Of a stretch of DNA of 64,000 nt, positions 45,701-51,406 are shown in pieces (the stretch's first letter is position 1; the number at the start of each line of letters is the position of its first letter). The DNA lies in the IMG/VR virus record IMGVR_UViG_3300033076_001470, positions 4,933 to 68,932 of that record; one strand, given 5' to 3'. Origin of the DNA: a virus. Its lineage: Duplodnaviria; Caudoviricetes. A program made the position numbers and the translations under genes. The notes under the pieces were generated by a model, which saw only the letters and a list, made by a program, of their open reading frames with translations, had not been told where the DNA came from and searched no databases.

Positions 45701-48200
45701 TGCGCGCCTGTGTGCGCTGTCGCTCTAACTGCTGTCGGCGAGATTCTTGGGCAGCGCGCGCCTTTTCCATTCGCACGGCTGTTGCGGCGTCGCGTTTGGC
45801 CTGAGCCTGTTCACGCTGCTGTTCAATTTGAAGCTTGCGGTCAAGCTTCATCTGTTCTCGTTCGGCAAATTTTGACTGCTTGGCGGCCTCCTTCTGGGCT
45901 TTTTTCTGCTGTTTCTCCAGTTCGCGCTGTTGCGCTTCTCGCTGCGCGTCCAACTGAAAAAGACTCTCTGCCTGATTTAATCGTTGCTGGATAGATTGCG
46001 CGGCGGCAAGGTATGGCCCAGGCGACGCACCCGTGGCCACGGCAGCCAGTTCTGCCTGATACGGCTCAGATTTTTGCAGAGTTTGCAGGCTGGCTTTTAA
46101 TCGTTGCGCACCAGTTGTTGCCAGCAATTCGGCAGACACTCGGTCAGCGTCCCACGACTGCGCGGCAGCATTGACCAGTCCGGCAGCCTCAACAAACTCT
46201 TTGTTGATTTGCTGTTCGGCGCTTGCAGTCACGCGCCCCTGTCGCTGCTGTCGAATTTGATCCAGCATTGCCACTGCTCGATCCTGTGGCGACAGGTTTG
46301 CCAAATTAGGAATCTGCGCAGGCTGCACTTGCGCTTCCGGGAAAAGAGGCGCAATCGGCTGGACGGGCGACAAGTCGGCTTGAGGCAAAGCTGCGCTTGC
46401 AACGCTTGGCGCATTGGCTGTCACGGCAGAAACCGGCGACTGAGCAGGCGGCGCTGCGGCTGGCGAACTTTGCGGCGTATTCAACCGCTGCGCCGCGCTG
46501 GCCAGCTCTTCTTTCGTGAAAATTCCTGTCGCACCCGGCGCTGCTGTCGGGACAATGCCCGGCATTGAAGCGCGTTCATTCTGAATGTCGCGAACAAGCG
46601 AACGCGCTTGCCCTTTTTCAGCGACATGCGCACTAGCGCCGCCGCCAGCGCCCAGGAACAACGCAGGAACCGCGTTTTCCCAAACGTCCTTGCTCAGCGC
46701 GCGATTTGGGGCATACCCTGAATAATATTTCGCGCCAACGTTTTCTACGAATTGCTGCGCCCCTTCTTGTACCCCTTCTTGCAGTGCTTCTTTGGCAACC
46801 CGTCCAATCGTTCCCTTGCCGGGCAGTTTGCCAATTAACGACTCCGCGCCCACTGATTCTAACGCACCCGCTACCGCACCCGTATCAATCGCTCGCGCCA
46901 GTTGCTGTGGCGTCGCTCCGGCAGCCTTTGCTTCTTTGTACTGACCGGGCACTTCCATTGCCGCACCAGCACCACCGGCCACCAGTTCCGCTGGCAACCC
47001 CGCCGCTGCGCCCAGTTGCGCCGACGCTATAAATGGCAACATTGATCCGCCAGCTTCTGGCAGCGTGCGCGACCAGAAATCCGCCTTTAACGGGTTGACT
47101 GTTGTCGCCTTAGACGGGTCAACTGGATAAAGATTTCGAGCAGCCTCTTCGCCGTATTGGGAAACTCCTTCGAGCCTGTCTCCCATTTTTGAGAGATTGG
47201 CATAAATTCGACTCAATTGCGCTTGAGCTTCTGCACGTTTTTCCGGCGAGCGCGCAGGATCTCTCGCAATATCCTCGTACACACGAGCGAGCGCCAAATC
47301 GTTCTTGTTTAGAAAATTGTCCGCAAGTCTGGCCGCACCTTCTGGAATGGAATACATGCCGCGCGTCGCTGAGCCAAGCGCACTATTGATCGCTTCATCC
47401 ACGCGGCCAACCGGCTGATTGATAACTTCCTCATCAGGATTCAGTCCGCCAGCCGCAGCGGTTACAAATCTTCGCGCCCACCTTGTCGGCAACCACTCCG
47501 ATTCCACTTCTTCGCGCTGTCGCTGAACTTCAAGCCGGTGAGCGTCTTCTGGCGACACGTCCAACGCTTTCATCATCTGGCTGTCGTGCGCGCGCAGTCT
47601 TAGCCGATCTTCTTCAACCTTGGCGTCAACTGCATTAGGCTTAACTTTTGCGTAAGCCCACTGACGTCCGCTTTTCTTGTCTGCATCCTCTCCGAATCCG
47701 ACCTCTAACTCGTTGGCATATTTTCGCTGCGCGTTTTTGGCCAACCTGTTGGCCTGTTCAAGTTTTCCTTCAGCTTGAGCACGCAGTTGCTGTCCCACAC
47801 TCAGCCCGCCATCAACCGCAAAGCCCGGCTCCTTGTCGGCTTGCTGAAACAGTGCGACTGACTGGTCTTTTAGATCGTTGATCTGCCGGGCAACGCGTGC
47901 CGCTTCGACGCCGCGCGAACTGCTCGGACGTTTTGGCTGATAAGTGTCGTAAGTCGCGGCGGACGACCGATTCGCGGACGGCTGACTTGACGCGCCGCCC
48001 AAATCACTGGCGGAAATTTCCGGGCCGTACGGTTTCAGTCCCGCAATTTCAGCCAGCGATTTGCGCGGAGCTTTAACTTGTGAACCTGACGGCTTCGACA
48101 CTTTAGGCGGCAACACGTCTGACTCCGTGCTGGCATCCTGATAAATTTCTTCCAGCGACCTGCGCGGTCGCGGAGCCTGCGTCAGTTCCTGTCCGTACAT
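33711..48200 (-). CDS. 4829-aa DarB-like large polyvalent (virion-injected) protein: N6-MTase-like, Strawberry-notch SF2 helicase, HExxH peptidase-like domains
   Basis: VYEPSAG...IANPPFG (about 42.5-43.1 kb); GDQTGIGKGR, DESH, SSAT, QMLGRVHRTGQ (about 38.6-40.5 kb); RHETTH (36762-76); start coupled to the upstream gene. Confidence 0.85.
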   Translation of the reverse strand: MYGQELTQAPRPRRSLEEIYQDASTESDVLPPKVSKPSGSQVKAPRKSLAEIAGLKPYGPEISASDLGGASSQPSANRSSAATYDTYQPKRPSSSRGVEAARVARQINDLKDQSVALFQQADKEPGFAVDGGLSVGQQLRAQAEGKLEQANRLAKNAQRKYANELEVGFGEDADKKSGRQWAYAKVKPNAVDAKVEEDRLRLRAHDSQMMKALDVSPEDAHRLEVQRQREEVESEWLPTRWARRFVTAAAGGLNPDEEVINQPVGRVDEAINSALGSATRGMYSIPEGAARLADNFLNKNDLALARVYEDIARDPARSPEKRAEAQAQLSRIYANLSKMGDRLEGVSQYGEEAARNLYPVDPSKATTVNPLKADFWSRTLPEAGGSMLPFIASAQLGAAAGLPAELVAGGAGAAMEVPGQYKEAKAAGATPQQLARAIDTGAVAGALESVGAESLIGKLPGKGTIGRVAKEALQEGVQEGAQQFVENVGAKYYSGYAPNRALSKDVWENAVPALFLGAGGGASAHVAEKGQARSLVRDIQNERASMPGIVPTAAPGATGIFTKEELASAAQRLNTPQSSPAAAPPAQSPVSAVTANAPSVASAALPQADLSPVQPIAPLFPEAQVQPAQIPNLANLSPQDRAVAMLDQIRQQRQGRVTASAEQQINKEFVEAAGLVNAAAQSWDADRVSAELLATTGAQRLKASLQTLQKSEPYQAELAAVATGASPGPYLAAAQSIQQRLNQAESLFQLDAQREAQQRELEKQQKKAQKEAAKQSKFAEREQMKLDRKLQIEQQREQAQAKRDAATAVRMEKARAAQESRRQQLERQRTQARNEKARKSAENELQQMQMHSAALQAADTAGRRHQEYLNQGLIAEAINELTVQQNQLRDAVRYLARTPESQNIKADLNRFQGQIGNRIGDLRKQQRGQKVPVTQAVPPLFRPDAVSNPEGGTPPVQSFYEPGAMFDRAVPTIGDVEEDSTPMLTAIRRAGGIANDSISPGELRRLGVKESGTTGLVNNRGGLAPDRMREAMVEAGYLPEDSTVDDLFQAIEGEMRSGRSARPAGSIGEFFDQWQAEASPETESEAVGNQLPATDNRPPQRKTIADYARESDEGDSWVKRAAATSDEVMKYGSDADIRSMRAGVFEPGVGLVSFSPYDELERRNVEPERALYDNEPTSEAFNDAIDWITEDAAKAGIEQRHVDAMVAYALNWHGEKAFWEGQGLSMDTVQQAIKSVDDKRAEVLADAERLPKPQRDEVVREVTALDTFFDDLETEREVYAIERIFSDAEIVNLLEQAAQGDNNAFNEFNRIADEYGISAETVGEIVRARRPVRSTKTSPANAATGGTRRGSPESEKNAGGEPSRGSSRQPRQPTQRERQLLKIRPSEVFDKDFDAYMTEVEDLYRRAVQGEVDIDPKTIYDFTKWTGVSAEDIDELRAAGENAGPLAKIRGNRHKRVEENRLPARQNVEIINEYKNADLDRLAIPSREGRKSQLDQVIQATSVTLDKNPSGVSSAWMAEVRKLHERAIAARERYQSRERDAKTVTHSNPAIDGKPVLAETADGRVVVANPDNQAGVSIVKPQSPRETIKPTSERGQLAQAVAAHLADGKGFANIVEARKFIAEQTGREVKPGSLETKQVDEAIEAGAVLAARQIVADGKSPEATFQAIRELYDRLPNLSARTSTSIKQQAYSTPLPLAYVASELAGISSQTTVYEPSAGHSALLLAAEPSKIIANELNAERAATVRDLLPGATVTEHNAAEWKPDQKVDRVIANPPFGIVKDEAGNTLRFEIDRKYQTSEIDHAIAFEALKAMKDDGKAVLIVGAPRADSDAGRSNAYNAGAKRSFYFTLYNQYNVTDHFTVLGDLYQKQGAGSPVDVIVIEGRGRSQRALPAADVPATLRSWDEVGEKLASRSGQNETVAADNVRLGERGLSASERDSSASRRTVADADVYGVPARSSSGDDRTVGNAQRVEPAVSNKPTGRSGATGRASEPARPKRGAKPANLQQQPVAGAAEQPGRVSGANDTESGQSAREAVDRGNQPGTVGQRADAGTGRASFVGGVFDEEFAKLFGDAVPGGEKPYTRKQFDADVRALNKEVQDYKRSLRDESASQPTVGQPPRTAKEAAKSSADAIFDEELNDLFGDEPAPQSATAQPSEEALRQVNLLRPYDNGSWQYKFAPDARWMTANSKESAIEEAIKAYNTHFQPESGQRVAQANLFGEEPAKTPIVELQPSALTLEYRQIFDQTIGRYVDTYKTADLHAQFNHVMDNDAALAALAEYLKEKRPDLADKVDSIYGALTAEAPEETRSVVSKLGGEGHAGTKQKPNSERVSELRDKLLTAETLDVLLDLMEENNGFLDTLKQSDRVWLLEAADIRGKELTQKDKPKRASGQHTTRKVAQSAAKETVAGLDDIAKGLLDLFGDPNRLGSGPVFDEESYAKAKPLFEAAVAHFKNATTDVREVIRRLLTHLKEVYNATKTELERMKPYILRFVQDFQTQAQGKDTSKQDQTKLQAKPSQEIAEADSDTHRAYKPASSSYSVGTLVPVNMANAVDNSLRRLKEEVGDLDDYVADRLGYKPDEIGKYLSGEQVDAVAMAIRNIEQGGALILGDQTGIGKGRVVAAVIRYANRQKLTPVFVTEKPTLYGDMIRDLTDIGSENLKPLITNAGENVPLDDEALEWYGAAEKAKLLGWPAPAKRGKFLQTQAGKTHEAALRQIAETGNLGGHHVIFTTYNQMQSVQGRLSARHDLLRRFANNGIVIFDESHNAGGAGQVEMDEKGKPQFNRAQFAREMAKNAKGVLYSSATFAKRPEVMDLYFRTELGKAVGDLGELAEITQKGGVPMQQVIASMLAESGQYIRRERSFKGVEYAPTPTKVDRTTAESVSKAMREVAAFDRIKQAALKTLNERVKAEAKRITVDGSVGQAGVSSVNFTSLMHNLIEQSLLALKADQAAETAIRALEAGEKPVITVANTMGSFIQRFAEDNELQPGAPINLSFNDLLNRYLERSREVVIGKPYGEKTRHYLSDEELGEEGVRAYKQAAKTLERLNLDIPISPIDWLHKRLRDAGYRTGEITGRGHIVNYTSDGATYATRPASETSTAAKKRTIAAFNDGTMDVLILNQSGSTGISLHASEKFKDQRRRHMIIAQAEKNIDTHMQMLGRVHRTGQVVPPRYTQMVADIPAELRPAAVLAKKMASLNANTTASRSSAVTAKDVPDFLNKYGDEVAASLMESNPELHEALGYPLKDSERSEGLEREDAMRKVTGRVPLLTIAEQERVYQELTDEYEDALRQAEAMGENALEAKTLNLDAETLKTQPLVAGSGSSLFEQAANLERVSVNRQGKPFTSDEVMEKLKASLGDAGDLAKLAAEGRMGIHEMRRRLSREVDAFKLKMEEEHGDSKRGQLEQLAADKWLNRWRQITGVVYPGATVSIANGYGVVLSVERKGKRANPVALSGWRATVALADSRRQMTVALSKIDFNESEGGTNRIVVRPAQSATVYDPAKDDFVRLPILEAFNKGLATTKENRYMVTGNLIAGFGAAPNGQIVNFTNNEGGIRQGILMPSSFDPAETIAKQKQRLKTVDEVMTAVNGGRGAQVTDRTGDLTISKGIDGYVFSVPAAKGRGGKYYLNSALLKAAGMDFAKRGSFMEVQVDGAGARQMVDALLRGDGLPSGVSLQTKAPRVAERRGDAAFTGRYTVSDLATNATAEYRPARNRPGTVYLNEWGHALVRDSLVTVFGESVSGIPGDFTLDSQSARHTADAMRERAGGAFTGIAAELDTAADDADANGRDVAIVTKRAGQAIGEIKQAVRHETTHTAQSAVDQTLTGAATEAWLAKQPKAQKIKAELARRGYADKTHGYEAVAYIASGDFSIFGLSLDEAVQVMNSYYRATVQKYGARSLEKFGAIDPKLQPVLEGARNETQTADTIAKGSAEVAGRGNRGAESQAGRGSGGVADSSSGGRRQAEGVPRVAERKERRFSFGELASEPTGTVLGSVFGGLQSLRSEPKPKTSPLREILSEHKPLTIDPYKIQDMAMDELLNAGGRGVAGSLPGARALYWAKKLRLKPVADRLANRQADFIADTLAKTNDLIQAHEAMQTAKSGSKDYETAKRQFDRSRLKIADALAKAGEYTTLAGYTAKTYKSSLLSAPHIHLFNVLEQLFKMPLHEAQRVADVIVPASVLNKFGIPYSRAVTDFRDLVPAVEAELRGLGTGLRNAPRDVLDMFRYGITQGMIEADDAEAGHAGGTDKFELGHRAKLIPGLDQVLNFIGRSHGAADILFSNMVNATAISAQANAMARKIGKENGLTGEEIKGLARDLAYRPSALMVTLADDATMRFKLDYPTLAYDALQKLRDLPNSVLGKASEKGVGKAVDATWKAAMDFVVPFSKIPLAAVDTYLFRYSPVAFGRVAGRMAMAKGGEYAGRYKGEFARQRFGEDTAELLRQGLVGSLSWALLGALGSFGYLAFTGGSEDDKDRPNLKNAREVMRVGYGPEVGAGDYAFNLNRMGPIGQAAGIATRIYEAQKSRTNPKTGEPEETSKRIGRTVTAAKEGLLFNNPLGQAAKDIAGDDTHSTSAGQYVAGKLRGFVPGAARDIAKIQSPTKRMPDEASTLGRLKGDLQSGMPVDIGFGSRAQMVERLDALGQPIEETNPFAFWRKIQRNPQLEEMIRLGTGLPKPKRNAGESATEYNKRLAEQAETVKATLRRIASDTAQSGRSDAAKARIYSTELATDAMKRAAKLSEGSIETERELEALRADTYETLRQMPAYQKMKESGREAVRELVDEQLKAYRARAASSRTSKKTGKVSVVRERAARAADASASEIAGWAIQQAQR
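36257..36451 (-). CDS. Nested +1-frame ORF in giant gene (after the HExxH domain)
   Basis: AAGGAG-6nt-ATG; MKLKLPTPLPKDRRKSLEEVIEERNRKQDAVQEALL..., 64 aa. Confidence 0.55.
   Translation of the reverse strand: MKLKLPTPLPKDRRKSLEEVIEERNRKQDAVQEALLIRHREGEDRLREFLASQSEKSDDSVLES
42023..42472 (-). CDS. Nested +1-frame ORF in giant gene (after the MTase domain)
   Basis: GAGGTAGGAG-6nt-TTG; 149 aa with globular-looking amphipathic helices (YLQDRVQAMIEQWEMPKEWSLLYLTNQLEEAGLL). Confidence 0.6.
   Translation of the reverse strand: MQAAAVKMRRSQPTMFGWASADCPRVSAILAPADAPLPMPTYMAYLQDRVQAMIEQWEMPKEWSLLYLTNQLEEAGLLDERPSLRDQSEALNRLIFNNSQLQERLSNLGAFPGRMILSQDNLRAKQLIEETNLEQWVSALTLGLDEHLS
44057..44293 (-). CDS. 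Nested +1-frame ORF in giant gene (N-terminal region linker)
   Basis: AGGGAG-6nt-ATG; 78 aa, SVPQKLRLQMRQLGALDAVHRKVKRMLAE. Confidence 0.45.
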   Translation of the reverse strand: MHSMNSTGLPMNTGSVQKQSERSSEREGLSVPQKLRLQMRQLGALDAVHRKVKRMLAENQAEDQADSQGSQPSENVNS

Positions 48201-49426
48201 TATTTCAACCCCACACGGTCAGCAAAAGCTGCTGCTTCCTCTCTACTGTAACCATTGGCTACCGCGTCGGCGATAAACCCACTTCGAGTACGAGTTTTCC
48301 CGCTCCCGGCAGGCTTGGCAGGCGACTTGACCGTTCCAGGCACACTTCCGACCGCCCGTTGGTTTTGACCAGCTTGCGTCGTTCCTGTGGGTTGAGCCTG
48401 GCCAGTGTTTTTGTAAATCATGCGATTCATTGCGGCGGCAGCATTTCTGTCGGCAACCGTCATCTGTGTCGCGTTTCGACTGTCGGCAATCCCTCGTTTG
48501 GTTGCGTTGTTTTCTGTGTTCATTGCGGCTTTTGCAGAACCACCTAACTCCACCATGCTCTGGTCAGGGAAAATCTGATAAGTGCGAATCTGCCCGTCGT
48601 CACCCACCACGTCGCGAATTTGCGGCTTGCCGGTAACCAGCGCCTGCGCGCGAGCCTCGTTCAATCTAATTTGCGAATCTTTGTAAGCCGCATTGGCGCG
48701 ATTATTGACCTTCATCGCATCGGTTTGCGCTTTGGTGTAATCAATTCCTGCTCGGCGCGCCTCAAGGTTAACCAGCGCCTCGTCGGCCCTTCGTTTTGAT
48801 TCTTCTTCTTGCCCGCGATGCGCTTCTTGTTGATCCAATTCCGGCTTGTACATTTGCGCCCACTCATATTGCCGGGCGGAAGTTGGATTAATCATCCCGC
48901 CAGTAAATCCCGCCCCGGCTCCACCAATTGCGCCACTAATTGGATTATGCGGAGAGGAATTGATCCCCTGCACTGTGCCAAGCAACGCGGGCAGCAGAGA
49001 GCTTTTGAACCGCTCACCAAAAGTCAACTTCCGCTCGTTCCCTTCCTCATCGCGCGGAACCTTGCTCATTACGTACTCATATTCGGCTTTGGTTTGCGGA
49101 TCGAACGGGCGCGGCCCGCCTGTGCGCCCAGGCAGGGCGGGAATCGGCACATCTTCGGCTTTTTCCGGCAACCCCGGCCCTGTCGCTGGCAATCGGCCAG
49201 CCAACGGGTCAGACATTGTCGGGCGAATCGGCACCGACGAAACCGCGTCCGCGTTCATTTCTGGCAGTGCAGGCAACCCCTGCAACGGTTTCCCGATCAT
49301 CCCATTTAGAATTGGCTTTTGCGGCGTTGTGCCTGTCGTCATTGCTGCATCAGGCGCTCCGGGGATTTTTTTTAACGCCCCTGCCGCTTTCATCAATGGC
49401 CCGTTCAAAAATTCCAAAGACAGCAT
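48200..49426 (-). CDS. Putative DNA ejection (internal virion) protein
   Basis: 408 aa with Gly/Ala-rich hydrophobic segment and coiled coil, directly upstream of the giant protein. Confidence 0.6.
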   Translation of the reverse strand: MLSLEFLNGPLMKAAGALKKIPGAPDAAMTTGTTPQKPILNGMIGKPLQGLPALPEMNADAVSSVPIRPTMSDPLAGRLPATGPGLPEKAEDVPIPALPGRTGGPRPFDPQTKAEYEYVMSKVPRDEEGNERKLTFGERFKSSLLPALLGTVQGINSSPHNPISGAIGGAGAGFTGGMINPTSARQYEWAQMYKPELDQQEAHRGQEEESKRRADEALVNLEARRAGIDYTKAQTDAMKVNNRANAAYKDSQIRLNEARAQALVTGKPQIRDVVGDDGQIRTYQIFPDQSMVELGGSAKAAMNTENNATKRGIADSRNATQMTVADRNAAAAMNRMIYKNTGQAQPTGTTQAGQNQRAVGSVPGTVKSPAKPAGSGKTRTRSGFIADAVANGYSREEAAAFADRVGLK

Positions 49427-49515
49427 TGATTCCTCTCAAAAAAAAAACAGGGATCAAGAAAACCTTGATCCCTATAACCAAAACGGAGTTGTTGCATTGG
49501 CTGCGTTGGCCAAAC

Positions 49516-49950
49516 TTAATTGCCGGGCGACGGCGACGCCGGAGGCTTGTCCTTTTTTCTCAATATCCACGCGCCATCGGGCGCGACCGTAATGTTTGCG
49601 ACATCGTATTCTGCCAGCTTGTCGGCTTCGATCCCTGCGGCCTTTGCCGCAGCGTTCAGTTTTTGATTCAGCACTTCCGCTGCTTTTCTGGCCTCTTCGC
49701 GCAGTCGCGCCAATTCAACCCCTGCCTTTTCAACTTGCAACTGCAAATTATTTGCGCGCAAACCAGTTAGTTCCGCGTCTTTTTGCAGTTCCGCAATTTC
49801 TTTAGCAGCCGCCGCTGGAATCACCGCAGTCGCAGGTAGGCCTTTAACGGTTTCCGCTGGCTTTTCGTTTGCCTTATTTGGGGCAGCTTGCTGCGCCCAA
49901 GCAGTCACAGACATGCACAAAACTATTCCGATAAAAATCAAACGCTTCAT
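49516..49950 (-). CDS. Signal-peptide coiled-coil protein
   Basis: MKRLIFIGIVLCMSVTAWA-QQ; AAGGAG SD. Confidence 0.7.
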   Translation of the reverse strand: MKRLIFIGIVLCMSVTAWAQQAAPNKANEKPAETVKGLPATAVIPAAAAKEIAELQKDAELTGLRANNLQLQVEKAGVELARLREEARKAAEVLNQKLNAAAKAAGIEADKLAEYDVANITVAPDGAWILRKKDKPPASPSPGN

Positions 49951-50165
49951 CAGCACTCCTTACAGATTAAAGCATCACCGTCGCCGACCTTCCAGCCTTC
50001 ATCGTCTACCAAAGATTGCAGGAACGTCTCGCGGGTAATAACAGGAAGATTTACAACGCCGGGAGAATCTGGCGTCATATACGAACGTCGCGCCGAGCAA
50101 CTGTCGCAAACAGCAATCATTGTCACACTGCGCGCATTTGGGTCGAATAAAACTTCAATTGCCAT
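49950..50165 (-). CDS. Small Zn-binding protein
   Basis: CDSC...CKEC, 71 aa; GAGG SD. Confidence 0.55.
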   Translation of the reverse strand: MAIEVLFDPNARSVTMIAVCDSCSARRSYMTPDSPGVVNLPVITRETFLQSLVDDEGWKVGDGDALICKEC

Positions 50166-50183
50166 CTTCGACTAAACCTTGCC

Positions 50184-51386
50184 TCAAGGGATAAAATAGC
50201 CCACCAGGTCAACGGCCAAATTTGTGGTTGCCGTCGAGTACGCCTTAAACGCGCCGCCAGTCCCAAGCCCAACCGTGAAATGACGATTGAACACTTGACC
50301 GGCAGTAAAGTTTGAACTCGCAATGTTTGGGCGAGCAGTATCGCCCGGCCACAAAGTCAGCCAACCACCAGCGACCGGCTGAATAACCGTCGCATTGCCG
50401 ACTACGGCTTTTGCTCCAACGGGAACCGTGCAACCCCCTGCCACCGCCTGCGAAGCCTCTGCGCCGCCAGTCATCGGCGCGCCAGGAGTAAAACAGCCCG
50501 CATAGCCAGCACGGGTATCCAACAACCGAACTGGCGCAATTGGATAAAACAACAACCCTGCGCCGTTGACATCAACAGCATCGCCACTGAAATATCCCAC
50601 CACGTCCACTACAAGATGCGTGCTTTGCCGAGTAAACACACTGACCTGCCCGGAAGCAGACAGTCCCGCAAAAAACTGAGAGTTCAACGTTTCGCCGACC
50701 GCGTAATTCCCGCTGGAAGTAAACGGGGTCGAGATACCCGAAGCAAACAATGTCAGCCAACCAGACCCCGCAGGATTAACCGTCGTTGCATTCCCTACAA
50801 TCGCTTTTGCCGCCGCCGGAACCACTGCACCACCGCACGCGCCCGTCGCCGTAATTGACGTAACCGAATTTGCTCCCAGCGGCGCGCCCGGACTTGAACA
50901 GGCAGGATAAGTTGGCCGGGTGTCCAGCAATCGCACCGGACTTGCCAGTAAGTGAAAATACAACCCGCCAGCCCCAGGCGGCGCGTAATAGCCCGTGACA
51001 TCAATCACTGCATGAGATGTTGCCGTGCTGAAAACCTTGAACGCGCCATCCGCGCCAAGTCCAACCGTGAAAACATTATTCGTCACCTCGTTCGCAAGAT
51101 AGTTCGAACTGGCGGTTAATGGCAGCGTCGCATCGCTCGCGTAAACCGTGAACCAACCGCCAGCAACCGGCGAAACAGAAGTCAGATTGCCGACAACAGC
51201 TTGTGCTTCAGCCGGAATCCCGCAAAACCCTCTGGCAGTTTGAATCAAAGACGATCCATTACTAATCGGCGCTGAATTCCGAGTGTCCACTAAGCGACAC
51301 GGCGTCAGCGGATAAAACTGCAAGCCCTGAGCGGGAACCGTCAAAGCCATAAGATTTAGACAAAGTAATAAAAACAGAATTTTCAT
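50184..51386 (-). CDS. Secreted protein with three ~130-aa P(C/V)RL(V/L)DTR repeats
   Basis: Signal peptide; FYPLTPCRLVDTRN, FHLLASPVRLLDTRP, FYPIAPVRLLDTRA. Confidence 0.8.
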   Translation of the reverse strand: MKILFLLLCLNLMALTVPAQGLQFYPLTPCRLVDTRNSAPISNGSSLIQTARGFCGIPAEAQAVVGNLTSVSPVAGGWFTVYASDATLPLTASSNYLANEVTNNVFTVGLGADGAFKVFSTATSHAVIDVTGYYAPPGAGGLYFHLLASPVRLLDTRPTYPACSSPGAPLGANSVTSITATGACGGAVVPAAAKAIVGNATTVNPAGSGWLTLFASGISTPFTSSGNYAVGETLNSQFFAGLSASGQVSVFTRQSTHLVVDVVGYFSGDAVDVNGAGLLFYPIAPVRLLDTRAGYAGCFTPGAPMTGGAEASQAVAGGCTVPVGAKAVVGNATVIQPVAGGWLTLWPGDTARPNIASSNFTAGQVFNRHFTVGLGTGGAFKAYSTATTNLAVDLVGYFIP

Positions 51387-51406
51387 AAAATTTCCCCATT
51401 GTTAAG

